Assembly: GCA_038087875.1 (NCBI GenBank)
Contig: CM075977.1
Location: 266,724,001 to 266,788,000, forward strand
Reading direction: 5' to 3'
From: Malacoraja senta
Taxonomy: Eukaryota
DNA length: 64,000 bases
Below the pieces are notes generated by a model. The model searched no databases, was not told the DNA's origin, and was given only the letters and a program-made list of their open reading frames with translations. Each line of letters begins with the position of its first letter. Position 1 is the first letter of the stretch. Shown one piece after another: positions 1 to 13,163 of the stretch. The translations under genes were made by a program, and so were the position numbers.

Positions 1-450
1 ATCTCACAAATTTGATTTAGTTTTTTGAGGGTAACCAAAAACTGTTGATGAGGGCAGGGCCATAAACATAGTTTATATGGACCTCAACAAAGCCTTTGAT
101 AAGGTTCCGCATGGTAGGCTGTTCCAGAAGGTTAGATAGTATGGTATTCAAAGAGAATGAGCTAACTGGATACAGAATTGGCATAATGGTAGGAAACAGA
201 TGGTGGTGATGGAAGTATATTTTTTAACCTAGAGGCCTGTGATTAGTGATGTACCTCAGGGATTGGTGCTGGGCTCATTGCTATTTGTCATCCATATCAA
301 TGATTTGGATAAGTATATAAAAGGCATAATTAAATACATTTGCAGATTACACTAAAATAGGTAGTATTGTGGAGTGTGAAGGAGGTTATCAAGAATTACA
401 ATGGGAGTTTAATTCAGATAAATGTGAGATGTTGCACTCTGTGAAGTGAA
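1..450 (+). mobile_element. CR1 (HER1-like) LINE RT fragment
   Basis: Degenerate translation VYMD..KAFDKVPHGRL, PQG.VLGSLLFV..INDLD, FAD.TKIG. Confidence 0.85.
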
Positions 451-599
451 ACCAGGACATGGTCAGCGTATCTTCGTCACCACCGTATGTACCTGTGATG
501 GCACTTTCAAGGAAGTAAGCACTTGTTGTCTTGGATCCCTCTGGGTAGTGATTACAACACTACCCAGGCACTACCATACACTGAGAAGGTCATGTCATG

Positions 600-1567
600 T
601 CATGGCGCTGTGGCTCAACCAGAGAGACCTACGTCAGGTAATGCCGCAGTGCTAGGTGACTCAATAGTGAGAGGTACGGACAGGAGTTTCTGTGGCAACA
701 GGCGAGACTCGAGGATGCGGTGTTACCTGCCTGGTGCCAGGGTCCAAGACGTCTCGGACCGATTGCTGAGCATCCTCAAGGGGGAAGGGGAGCAGCCAGA
801 AGTGGTTGCGCATGTCGGCACAAACGACATCGGGAAGAAGAGGAAGGAGGTTCTGCAATGAGAGATTTAGGAAGAAGGCTGAAAGGCAGGACCTCTATGG
901 TGGTTATCTCTGGTTTGCTTCCAGTAGCTCGTGCTGGTGTGGGCAGGAACAGGGAGATAGGGGATCTGAATGTGTGGCTGAGGACCTGGTGCAGGGGGCA
1001 GGGATTTTGATTTATAGACCACTGGGATCTCTTCTGTGGTAGGGATGACCTGTACAAAAGGAACGGGTTGCACCTTAACTGGAGGGGGACCAACGTTCTG
1101 GCAGGCAGTTTTGCTAGTGCTACACGGGTGGGTTTAAACTAAATAGCGGTGGAGGGGGGGGGGGGGGAAGGGTCGACAAATTGGAAGTATAAGGAAGGAG
1201 TTAAAGGAAAAGGGAGTACAGGTAAAGTTATGAAAGACACCCGAATTAATGGGACGGAAAGTTCAAGAAGGGATAAGAGAGTAAAGTCAGGTGAAATAGA
1301 AACCGGTGTGAGAGGGGAGGTGAATTAAAAGTGTTATATATGAATGCGCAAAGTATAAGAAATTAAGTGGATGAGCTTTGGTCTCAGTTAGAGATTGGTA
1401 GGTATGATGTTGTGGGAATTACAGAGACATGGCTGCAAGAGGACCAGGGCTGGGAACTGAATATTCAGGGTTATACGTCCTATCGAAAATCTACATAGGT
1501 GGGCAGAGGGGGTGGGTAGCTCTGTTGGTAAGGAATGAAATTCAGTCCTTTGAGAGGGGTGACATAG
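600..1567 (+). mobile_element. CR1 LINE: ORF1 SGNH-esterase region and start of ORF2 APE endonuclease, interrupted by DIRS
   Basis: VLGDSIVRG...PGARVQD...HVGTND (ORF 523-861), frameshifted VVISGLLP...DHW; then LYMNAQSIRN, VVGITETWL. Confidence 0.9.
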
Positions 1568-2058
1568 AATAGTAAGATTAAACGAGAACTTACCAGTTCA
1601 AAGTTTGATCATTATTTTATGAGGAGTACGTTGAGGGAATACGTGAAGAACCCCGCCAGGATGCATGCGTGTCATTCTTCAAAGCAGCGGTGTGAAATCA
1701 CAGATAACTGTAATGACTGAACATAGTAAGATTAGAAAAGAAGATACCAGTTGAGTATATGATCAAGGGTGGGAGCGGAGGGCACGTATTCCTTCAACGT
1801 ACTCCTCATAAAATAATGATCAAACTTCGAACTGGTAAGTTCTCGTTTAATCTTACTATTTTACTTCGGAGTCACGTGAGTGACTACGTGAAGATTTCAA
1901 AGCTCTGTGATTTCATGCCGTGGAAATGAGTCCATGCATCACATCTGCCTTAATGACTATGGGAGGAATTGAGTTAACATGATTAGACATGAATACGACA
2001 TTGAAATCCATGATAAATTTATTAACACCAAATTATAGCCCCTATTTATGGGGTGAAA

Positions 2059-2919
2059 TTATATTACAGTACTTAAAATTGTTTCTGCAAACGTTCCAGG
2101 TTTAATTACTGGTTTATGATAAAATAGTTGGAAAGTTTTCTCCCTTGACCATCCTGCTGTCTTGAGGATTTGGTCCATCGGAACATCCAACTGCATAGCT
2201 GCCGATGTAGCTGCAGCCCTGGTGGAATGAGATTTGAAAATGTTAGTATCCACCCCAGCCTTTATTAGAACCTGTTTCAGCCATCTTGAGATGGTCTGGA
2301 TCGTCACTTTTTTGTGAGGTTGCTTGTGGCTGATTAATAGTGCCATCTCTTTGCCTCTGATGATTTTCGTATACTCCATATATAGCAGTAAATGTCTTAC
2401 TATACAAAGACGATCATCTGTCGGGTAAGCCCTAAATTCTATATTGAGGCCTGCTGACCCCTGTCTGTTCTGCTTGACTAATTCATAAATATGACACGTT
2501 ATATTCCCAGATGAAGAAGTCATGTTGTCCAGTCTTAATTTATGTAATGACTGTACCCTTTGTGCCGTGACCAATGCCATCAGCATGACTGTTTTCAGTG
2601 TCAGTCTTTGTAGGGACAGAGCTGTTGCTGGAGACCAATTCCTTAGCATAGTCAGGACAATACTCACATCCCATATTTGGGAGTACCTGGTTCTTGGGGG
2701 ATTGATATTAAAAATTCCCCTCATAAGTTTTGTTACCAGGGGGTGAGTCCCAACAGAATGACGCTCTGTTCCTTGGCTTAGATATGTTGACAGGGCACTT
2801 CTGGCGCAGTTGATGGCACCATAACTGAGCCGCTCATCATAATGGAGGCCTGCCAGGAATTCCAGAACAGACAGGATGTTCATTGATCTGTAGGTGATGT
2901 TGTTTCTGTGACAGTACAT
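2059..2919 (-). CDS. DIRS tyrosine recombinase (N-terminus cut by a premature stop)
   Basis: LVTAQR, HSTR, AGWS..TF..FY catalytic motifs. Confidence 0.88.
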   Translation of the reverse strand: MYCHRNNITYRSMNILSVLEFLAGLHYDERLSYGAINCARSALSTYLSQGTERHSVGTHPLVTKLMRGIFNINPPRTRYSQIWDVSIVLTMLRNWSPATALSLQRLTLKTVMLMALVTAQRVQSLHKLRLDNMTSSSGNITCHIYELVKQNRQGSAGLNIEFRAYPTDDRLCIVRHLLLYMEYTKIIRGKEMALLISHKQPHKKVTIQTISRWLKQVLIKAGVDTNIFKSHSTRAAATSAAMQLDVPMDQILKTAGWSREKTFQLFYHKPVIKPGTFAETILSTVI

Positions 2920-3029
2920 CTACCATTTCCTGATATATACCAGGTACTGTTTTTTGGTGGACTGTCTGTGGGCCGCTGAAATAATGTTCACTGTTCGGTC
3001 CGTCAGTCCCAGTTGCAGTAGATGTACTT

Positions 3030-4769
3030 TTAGACTCTACAAATTAATAAGTTCATATGGTTATGACATGGGTGGCTTTCCCTTGTTACGGGATGAACCA
3101 GTAAATCTGGTATATTCAGGATGGTGATGCATGGTTCTAATACCATGTCGAGTATCACAGGGAACCATGGTTGAGTAGGCCAATCGGGTACTACCAAAAT
3201 ACCAGACGCAGAGTCTTGCTGTATTTTCCTTAATACCCGACTGATGAGGCAGAAAGGAGGGAATGCATAAATAAACAATTTCCCCCAATGCAGCGAAAAT
3301 GCATCTGTCGCCGCTGCCCCAGGGTCTGGTTCCCATGAAACATAGTTTGATAACTGGTGATTAAGCCTGGATGCGAATAGATCGATATCTGGTGTTCCAT
3401 ACCGTGCTGTAATATCAGCAAATACTTTTTTATCCAACATCCATTCGGTGTTTTCATTAAATTTGCGTGACCTGGTGTCTGCCACTGAATTTAGTTTACT
3501 TGGTAGGTAAGTAGCTGATATCCAAATATTTCTCTGGATACACCATTGCCAAATTGTGTTGGCCAGATTGTCACATGATGTCGATTTGTTTCCACCCATG
3601 TGGTTGATATATGCTACCACGGTGGTATTGTCAATCTGTAGTCTAACATGCTGGTGACATAACCCAGAACAATATGACTTTAGGCCATGGAATGCACCCA
3701 ACATTTCCAGGTAGTTTATGCCCAGTGTTTGTAATAATGACGCCTCCTGTGCATTCCATCTACCTCCACAGCTGAAGATGGAATTGGTAGCACCCCAACC
3801 AAGTGCACTGGCATCCGTTTGTAGCACCATAGAAGGGTTGCTGATAATGATTGGATTGGAACAATGCCGAATGTTATCTTTCCACCATTTTTGTTCCATT
3901 ATGGCTTCGATTGGTAGCTTCATTGGTCTGTCAAAATGACCAGCATTAACTTTGAGTGCTCGTATTTTTGCCCTCTGTAAGTTTTGATAATGTAAAGGTC
4001 CGAATTGTGTGGCTGGAAAGGCAGCCACTATTTTGCCAATTATTCTTGCTACCAATCTGATGGATGGTTTACTGATGTCAATAAGGTTATTGCAAGCCTC
4101 TATTAAGGCTATAGCCTTTCCCTTAGGCAAAGTCACCGACATGTGAACTGAGTTAATGGTGAACCCCAAATAATCCATTGTGGTGGAAGGGTTTAATTTA
4201 GATTTAACTGGATGGATGATAAACCCCAGTTTTTCAAATAATTGTTTCGTGGCTGTTACTGTTTGTTTGGCCAATTCCAAAGTTTTGCCCACAATAAGTA
4301 TGTCATCTAGTTATGCCATCGCCATATGTTTTTGTTTCCGCAGAAACGCTAGGGCTGGTTTCAAAATTTTTGTGAACAGCCTGGGGGCTGATGTTAGCCC
4401 ATTTGGTAGTGCTCTGTACTGCCAGAGCTGTCCCATCCAGTTGAATTTTAAATAACATCTGTGGTCACCTCGTATAGGCACTGAATAGTAAGCATCTTTT
4501 AAATCGATGCTTGCCATGAAGTAACCTTTGGAAATCAATTGTTTAGCAGTAACAAAGGTTTCCATTTTGAAATGAATATATTGTACAAAAGTATTCAAAT
4601 TTGTCAAATCTATGATGATGTGACAACCACTATCTTTTTTGTTTTTGGTAAAGATATTGGAAACAAATTCCAGCGATTCGTGTTGGGTTTTTTCAATTAC
4701 CCCTTTTGCGTAAAGCCGCTCCAGTTCAGCATGTGCTTCTGATGTTTCTTTACCTGAAAGTACGAACAT
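3030..4769 (-). pseudogene. DIRS pol: RT + RNase H + adenine-methyltransferase-like domain
   Basis: IDLKDAYY, LPNGL.SAPR.FTK, YLDD with Y mutated to a stop near 4311, TDAS..GWG, IN.LE, DN.TVVAYIN..GG, DLFAS...YAFPPF. Confidence 0.9.
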
Positions 4770-5134
4770 TCGGTTTGGTACATGCTGGAGGGCTATGTTT
4801 GTGTATAAATTCTATGGTATATCCCTGGATACTGCTTAAAATATAAGTGTCTGTAGTTAACATACTCCATGCATCCAGAAAGAAGTGTCATCTCCCACCA
4901 ACCTCCATACTCCCTGCAATTCATAAGGAACCAGACCCACCTGCCTCCATGGTTACCAGTGGCAGGTTTACTTCTTTTTGTGAATCCTTCGTGGGGGTTG
5001 AGGCGCCGGTGTCTGGGTTTGTGGTTGGGTTGGTGTTGGGGGTTTGCGCATCTTCCACGAAGGCCGGTCTGGGCCATGGCCTAAAAAACCCCGATGTTCG
5101 GTGTACCTGGTCTTTGAGCTTTCACCAGTTTGTC

Positions 5135-5480
5135 TTATTCTACTGGTGGGTGCATAAGGGTGCTGTTTATGGCCATAGTAGGTTTTTGATGATGTCGCTT
5201 TGATGAGCCCCAGGGTTTTGCCTCCTCATCGAGCTCTTTGACTTGCTTGGATAGGTTACCTCCAAATAGTAAAATTGGTAGTTTTATGTTTCCAGGTTTG
5301 CACAGACCTGCAAATTTCGGGTTTAAAGCAGGTCGGATGGCACTCTTCCTGATGCTGTTTATTTCGTATTGAGTATTACAGAGCAGTGCTAGTGCATCCT
5401 GTTGATCCTGCGACATCTCCTTTTCATCTACTGTGCGGGCGAAAGCTGTTATTCCCGTTGTTAGGAGCTTCAGTACAGTT
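5135..5480 (-). pseudogene. DIRS gag C-terminal remnant
   Basis: DALALL...R...I.P.LN...LLFG..L, located upstream of pol. Confidence 0.65.
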
Positions 5481-5547
5481 CCCTGGTGGCAAATGTCTTG
5501 CCGTGGTGTCCATTACAGCCTGTTCCTATAGCTGCTTAAATGACATA

Positions 5548-7428
5548 TAGGAGGTGGTGACCATAATATGATTAGTTTTAATCTACAATTTGTGAGGGAG
5601 ATGGTAAAATCAGAAGAGTCAGTATTACATTTGAACAAAGGGGACTATGGAGGCATGAGGGAGGAACTGGCCAAAGTTGACTGGGAAGGGACCCTAGCAG
5701 GGATGATGGTGGAACAGCAATGGCAGGAATTTCTGGAAATAATCCAGAAGATGCAGGATCATTTCATTCCAAAGAGGAGGAAAGATTCTAACAGGAGTAA
5801 GAGGTAACCGTGGCTGACAAGGGATGTCAAGGACAGTATAAAACAAAAAGAGAAGACGTATAACTTAGCAAAGATGAGCAGGAAGCCAGAGGATTGGGAA
5901 ATGTTTAAAGAACAATAGAAGGTAATTAAAAAGGCAATATGGGGAGAAAAGATGAAGTATGAAGATAAGCTAGCCAAGAATATAAAGGAGGATAGTAAAA
6001 GTTTCTGTATGTGAAAAGGAAAAGATTAGTTATGACAAATGTGGGCCCATTGAAGACAGAAACAGGTGAATTTATTATGGGGAAGAAGGAAATGGCAGAC
6101 GAGTTCGACTGGTTCTGTCTTCACTAAGGAAGACATAAACAATCTCCCGATGTACTGGGGACAGAGGATCTAGGGTGACGGAGGAACTGAAGGAAATTCA
6201 CATTAGTCAGGAAATGGTGTTGGGTAGACTGATGGGACTGAATGCTGATAAATCCCCAGGGCCTGATGATCTGCATCCCAGGGTACTCAAGGAGGTGGCT
6301 CTAAAAATCGTGGATGCATTGGTAATCATTTCCCAATGTTCTATATATTCTGGATCAGTTCCTGTGGATTGGTGGGTAGCTGATGTTATCCCACTTTTTA
6401 GGAAAGGAGGGAGAGAGAAAGCAGGGAATTATAGACCAGTTAGCCTGACATTGGTGGTGGGTAAGATGCTGGAGTCCATTATTAAAGATGTAATAGGTGC
6501 GCATTTGGATAGCAGTAACAGGATCGGTTCAAGGGTTTACAAAAGGGAAATCTTGCTTGACTGGAATTTTTTGAGGATGTAACAAGTAAAATGGATAATG
6601 GAGAACCAGTGGAAGTAGTGTATCTGGACTTTCAGAAAGCCTTTGATAAGGTCCCACAGGAGATTAGTGGGCAAAACTAGAGCACATGTTATTGGGGATA
6701 GGATATTGACGGATAGAAAATTGGTTGGCAGACAGGAAACAAAGAGTAGGAATTAACGGTTCCATTTCAGAATGGCAGGTAGTGACTATTGGGGTGCCGC
6801 AAGGCTCGGTGCTAGGGCCGCAGCTACTTACAATATATATTAATGATTTAGATGAAGGAATTAAAAGTAACATTAGCAAATTTGCAGATGACACAAAGCT
6901 GTGTGGCAGTGAACTGTGAAGAAGATGCTATGAGGATGCAGGGTAACTTGGACAGGTTGGATGAGTGGGCAGTTGCATGGCAGATGTAGTATAATGTGGA
7001 TACATCTGAGGTTATCCACTTTGGTGGCAAGAACAAGAAGTATTATTATCTGAATGGTGTCAGATTAGGAAAAGGAGACCTGGGTGTCCTTGTACATCAG
7101 TCACTGAAAGTATGCATGCAGGTACAGCAGGCAGTGAAGAAAGCTAATGGCATGTTGGTCATAATGAGAGTATTTGAGTATAGGAGCAAATAGGTCCTTC
7201 TGCAGTTGTACAGGGCCGTGGTGAGACCTCACCTGGAGTATTGTGTGCAGTTTTGGTCTCCGAGTTTGAGGAAGGACATTCTTGCTATTGAGGGAGTGCA
7301 GCGAAGGTTCACGAGGTTAATTCCCGGGATGGCGGGACGGTCATATGATGAAAGAATGGAATGACTGGGTTTGTATGCACTGGAATTGAGAAGGATGAGA
7401 GGGATTCTTATAGAAACATGTAAAATTA
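5548..7428 (+). mobile_element. CR1 LINE ORF2 (end of APE to end of RT), degenerate
   Basis: [69 protein letters not shown]. Confidence 0.92.
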
Positions 7429-8837
7429 CAAGACTAAGTGGGCCCAGCATCACACGGGAGGGCTGGTCCCCCAACGCAATATTCCACCTTTCCATCAATT
7501 CCAATATTGGTGGCCAGTGGGGGGGGGGGGGGCTTTCTGGAGCGCTAGTTTGGGTGTTGTGGGCTTAAGGGACTGGTTTCCAGAGGGCTAGTATGGACAT
7601 TGTGGGCCGAATGGATTCTTGGGCTGGCAGCTCAGTCACTCAAGCCTGTTGTGCTGGCAGCTCACTCACTCATGGCTGGTGGGCTGGCAGTTGACTCACG
7701 GCTATTTCTTGAAATTCCATTTCAAGCAGAGTGCAAGGCCACCAAATTCAAGTGCAGTTTCTTACCACTTCAAGCAGGGTGCAAGGCCACCAAATTCAAG
7801 TGCAGTTTCATACCATTTCAAGCAGGGTTCAAGGCCACTAAAGACAGCGAGTCATGACCTCTCCCTCCTCCTTCTTGCAGAGACTGAGCCACGCCCACAC
7901 ATCTGGGTTTTATAATCCCTCCCCCTCCCACCAGAAGGGGCATGGCCTTCATGGCGTGATTGACAGGAGAGAGAATCTTGACATTTTTTAAACAGTAATA
8001 ATTATTTTATTTTTCATCGATGGGAAGAATTCTCGGCACCTGATGAGTGGAGGGGGACTGAGTAAGATGGCCAAAAATCACAGCCGTACGTGGTAGCATT
8101 TTTTCTAAAATCAATATAAAGCACAAACAGGAAGTGATCAAGATTAGACTTTTAATTATATAGAAGGCAAGCCAACTTTAATTAGGCAAGGCAACTTTAA
8201 TTAGGCAAGGCAACTTTAACTAGGCAAGGCAACCTTAATTAGGCAACACAGCTTTAGCATTTCCAAACGAAAGGCAACACAGCTTTAGCATTTCCAAACC
8301 AAAGGCAACACAGCTTTAACATTTCCAAACCAAAGGCAACACACAGTTTAGTAGACATGTGTTCAGTGTTATTCACAGCTCAGACTGAGAGACTTGACCC
8401 TCTCGCTTCCCCCATCTTGCAGAGACTGACTCAGGCACTCAACACTTCCGGGTTTTATAGTCCCTCCGGAAGGGGCGTGGCCTACAGGAGAGAGAATCTC
8501 AACATTTTGTAAACACTAATAACTCTTTTATTTTTCATCGATGGGAAAAATCCTCTTGTCCTGCGCAGCGGAGGGGGACTCTGAGTAAGATGGCCAAAAA
8601 TCACAGCCGTACGTAGCAGCGTATTTTCTAAAATCAATATACAGAACAACAGGAAGTGGTCAAGATCAGCCTTTTAGTAATATAGATAGCACAGATTCAT
8701 ACAGCATTGACAACTGGGCCAACATGATGGACAAAAATCATAGCGATATAGGGTAGTGCTTTTTCTAAAATCAATATACAGCACAGACAGGAAGTGGTCA
8801 AGATGAGTTATATAGATAATTATTTTAGTTATATAGA
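7429..8837 (-). mobile_element. Non-autonomous Helitron-like element with stacked 5' ends
   Basis: Minus-strand 5' end A|TCTATATAACTAAAA; 3' end ...AGTCTTG|T (degenerate CTAG); internal minisatellites at 8165-8350; duplicated modules. Confidence 0.65.
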
Positions 8838-8839
8838 TA

Positions 8840-9400
8840 ATAATGGTACCTGCCTGAACTACCTTCTCTGGCAGCTTGGTCCATATATCCACCACCCTCT
8901 GTGTAAATATGTTGCCCCTCAGTTTCGTATTACATCATTCCTCTCTCACTTAAAACTTATGTCCTCAAGTTCTTGATTCCCCTACTCTGGGTAAACAATT
9001 CTGTGCATTCACCCTATCTATCCCCCTCATGATTTTATAGACCTCAAGAACACCTTTGCCAGCCCTACCTCGTAGCCAGCCCAACATCTCCCGATAACTC
9101 AGGTCCACTAGTCCTGGCAACATCCCTGTAAACTTTATCTGCACTCTTACCAGTTTACCAACAGCCTTCCCATAATAGGGTGACCAAAACTGATCTCAAT
9201 ACTCCAAATACGGCCTCACCAACATCTTGTACAAATGTAACACAACACCATAACTTCTATACTCAATACCCTGATTGCTGAAGGCCAATGTACCAAAAGC
9301 CTTCTCGACCACCCTATCCTACTGTGATGCCACTTTCAGAGAACTATGTACCTGTATTCCTAGATCCCTCTGCTCTACAACACTCCCCTGCCGTTCACTG
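8840..9400 (-). mobile_element. CR1 3' fragment
   Basis: Reverse complement of CR1 C-terminal RT (RPYLEY.DQFWSP) and 3' UTR. Confidence 0.75.
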
Positions 9401-10246
9401 TGAAATGCAGAATATTTTTTTCCCCCTGGATAGAGGAATCAATAATTAGAGGACATGGGTTTAAGATGAGATGTTGACTGGCCTCTGATTACCATTCTTA
9501 TATATGTCCTTTTTAAAAACAATCATGTCACTTTTGTGGCCTTTCTGTTCATGACATTCCTGTAGCTAAGGAGGATTAGAAAATGATAGTTTGAGCTGGT
9601 GCCATTGCTACTCTTGCCTTTCTTTGAACTGGCCTGGATATCTGCATTTATCTATTCTATTTACCACTTTCACTGAAGAGGTCTGTAATTAGAGATATTT
9701 TCTGACATTCCCACCAGTCTTTAAGCCACGTTTCAGGTCTAGTTACAATATCACACTCCCACATGTCCATCTGTGCGCGCAGTACATTTCCTAGAAGATG
9801 CATTGCACTGAAATATGAATAATTAAGGACTGCCAATCTCTCTTGTTTCCCTTTTCCAAAACGTTGTTATCTCTGCCATTCAGACTTACTAAATACACTT
9901 TACTAAATTCCTGACTTTGTTGACTAATTTGCCTCAAATCCCTTCTGAAACTGGCAGTCAGGTTCCTGTCCTCCTGCCAAGCTCGAGTGGACCATTTACA
10001 GCAGCCTTTACAATCTTTCCCGCAAGATTTTTACCCCTGGGCCTTGAGATGTAACCCATCCAACTTATACACCAGCGTTGGTCAAAAAGCTGCAGACATC
10101 TAAAGCTCTTCCTCCAGCAGCAATTTTTTTAAACCATACATTTATTTATCATCTTCTATTTTTGTGGCCACCGGCAATGAAATCCTGCTTTTAAATCTCA
10201 CCCTTATCTCTCTGTGTGTCATTCTTTTTAGAACATAGAACATATA

Positions 10247-11823
10247 CAGTGTCCTCCATAATGTTTGGGACAAAGACCAATCATTTATTTATTTGTCTCT
10301 GTACTTCACAATTTGAGATTTGTAATAGAAAAGATCACATGTGGTTAAAGTGCACATTGTCAGATTTTAATAAAGGCCATTTTTATACATTTTGGTTTCA
10401 CCATGTAGAAATTACAACAGTTTTTTTTTACATAGTCCCCCCATTTCAGGGCACCATAATGTTAGGGACTCAGCAATGTCATGTAAATGAAAGCAGTCTT
10501 GTTTACTTTTTGTTGCATATCCTTTGCATTCAACGACTGCTTGAAGTCTGCGATTCATGGACATCACCAGTTGCTGGACCTGTATTGCAGCCATCTTTAT
10601 CTTATGCTTGTTTGGGGGCTAGTCCCCTTCAGTTTTCTCTTCAGCATATAAAAGACATGCTCAATTGGGTTCAGATCGGGTGATTGACTTGGCCACTCAA
10701 GAATTGACCATTTATTAGCTTTGAAAAACTCCTTTGTTGCTTTAGCAGTATGTCTGGGATCATTGTCTTGTTGTAGAATGAACTGCCAGCCAATGAGTTT
10801 TGAGGCATATGTTTGAACTTGAGCAGATAGGATGTGTCTATACAAATAATTCATTATGCTACTACCATCAGCAGTTGTATCATCAATGAAGATAAGTGAG
10901 CCAGTACCTTCAGCAGCCATACATGTCCAGGCCATAACACCACTATCACCATGTTTCACAGATGAGGTGGTATGCTTTGGATCTTGGGAAGTTCCTTCTC
11001 TCCTCCATAATTTGCTCTTGCCATCACTGATATAAGTTAATCTTCGTCTCATCTGTCCACAAGACATTTTTCCAGTACTGTGGTTGCTCTTTTAAGTACT
11101 TCTTGGCAAACTGTAACCTGACCATCCTATGTTTGCATCTTGCAGTGTAGCCTCTGTATTTCTATTCATGAAGTCTTCTGCAGACAGTGGTCATTGACAA
11201 ATCCACATCTGACTCCTGAAGCGTGTTTCTGATCTGTCGGACAGGTGTTTGGGGATTTTTCTTTATTATAGAGAGAATTCTTCTGTCATCAGCTGTGGCC
11301 TGCCAGTCCCTTTGCGATTAGTAAGTTAACCAGTGCGCTCTTTCTTCTTAATGATGTTCCAAACAGTTGATTTGGGTAAGCCTAAGGTTTGGCTGATGTC
11401 TCTAACAGTTTTATTCTTGTTTCTCAGTCTCATAATGGCTTCTTTGACTTTCATTGGCACAACTTTGGTCCTCATGTTGATAAACAGCAAAAAGGTTTCC
11501 AAAGGTGTTGGAAAGACTGGAAGAAAGACTAGGTGCTGAGAGCTCTCTTATACCTGCATTAAGGAGGCAATTAAACACACCTGAGCAATTACAAACACCC
11601 ATGAAGCCATGTGTCCCAAACATTATGGTGTCCTGAAATGGGGGGACTATGTATAAAGACAGCTGTAATTTTTACCTGGTGAATCCAAAATGTATTAAAA
11701 ATACCCTGACAATGTGCACTTCAACCATGTGTGATTTTTTTCTCTTGCATATCTTAAATTGTGGAGTACAGAGGCAAATAAATAAATGATGGGTCTTTGT
11801 CCCAAACATTATGGAGGGCACTG
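10247..11823 (-). mobile_element. Full-length Tc1 (DD34E) transposon with IR/DR-type TIRs
   Basis: TA|CAGTGTCCTCCATAATGTTTGGGAC ... GTCCCAAACATTATGGAGGGCACTG|TA; TIRs of ~230 bp with inner DRs near 10452-10470 and 11610-11630. Confidence 0.95.
10490..11475 (-). pseudogene. Tc1 transposase, frameshifted
   Basis: VKHG..VMAW.C, QQDNDPRH, WPSQSPDLNPIEH. Confidence 0.9.
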
Positions 11824-13163
11824 TAGAAGTACAGCGTAGGAACAGTCCCTTTGGCCCACAATGTACGTGCCAAACATTATTGCCAAGATAAACAAATCTC
11901 TGCTTGCACACGACCCATATCCTTGCATTCCATGCATATTCCATGTGTACCTAAAAGCCTCTTGAATGCCTCCACCACCACCCCTGTCGACGCCTTCTAC
12001 GCATGTACTACACTCCATGTAAGTCAAGTCTTTTACATTGCAATGGAGCGTGTAGCCATGTGTCTGTACCCTCCCACCTCACGATACCTTGCAGGCACTC
12101 AATGTCATGTTTGACCCTGTCACTAGGGTGGCCATGTATCATCCTAAAATTGTATATGTGATCACAGAAAAAGCTCCATCGGGTGGGCATTGGAGTGGAG
12201 AGGGGGGCAGGATGGTGAACAGATTTCACTCACACAACAGCTGAGAAAATGTTTTTGTAGGCAGTTAAGCCTCCCGCTGTGCAGCCATGCCAGAGCAGGC
12301 CCATCTGACGGCATGGAGCCATGAACGAACCCGGCAGCCGAACTGACCACCAAGAACGAGAAACAAGGCAGGGCCCGGGGGCCAACAAGAACTAATACCC
12401 TTCGGCCGCTGAGAACAATGACCTGACGGCCACGTGCAGCAGAAGCTTGGTAGCCCCAAAGATCGGAGAGTCGAGGCAGGATCCGCTGGCGGCAACGGAT
12501 GCGAGGAGTGGACCGGTAGGAGATGGATCCGGGTATTGCCTCCAGTGCCTGCAAGGTCGGTTGCAGGAGGTGTCCCCCGCTACACAGTGGTGGTCAGCAG
12601 TGTCACATCTTTGCCTAAGATGTGGAATAATAATACGGTCACAAGATTTACGGGTTTCATTCCTTTGTCAGTGTGTTTATTGTCTCCACCGAACATGTTC
12701 TCCCGCCTTGGCTTACACATGTGATCTGACCTCCAAGCCAGCTGATTCAAAGGTCAAGATATTTGCATATCATTATCATGACATAGTCTCATACCAGACT
12801 CATCGTCATGACATCTCTCCTTTACCAGAATTAAACTTTAAATTAATTAGATTTCTTTCTAATATACTTTCCAATTAGACTCTTACATTTGGGCTTCTTT
12901 GTGTTTTCATTTGTGTTCCAATAACTCACAAAACAAATGCATTACAACTGTCTTTTTTTTCAAACCCTTTCTCCCCTGCTTTGGAAGATTCACTATTGTT
13001 GTAATCACTTGTCTTGTCCCTGGCCTTACTTTTACATTTCTTTGCAAAATGATCTTTGTCTCTACATTTCGTACATGTTCTACCTTTTGCTGGAAAACAT
13101 GCATCTTTCCCTGTGTGACCCTTGTTGCCACACCTGTAACACTCGATCTCACGTTCAGGCTTA

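Larger units (their letters stand above)
1568..5540 (-). mobile_element. DIRS1-type tyrosine-recombinase retrotransposon, 5'-truncated
   Basis: Order gag - RT/RNaseH/MT - YR on the minus strand; terminal segment 1568-1645 is the reverse complement of internal segment 1783-1860 (ICR). Confidence 0.93.

Noticed and set aside
3030-3400. Adenine methyltransferase-like domain as a novel system
   Set aside because: Known standard component of DIRS1 pol
8165-8350. Regularly spaced short repeats (CRISPR-like)
   Set aside because: No unique spacers; minisatellite inside a eukaryotic element
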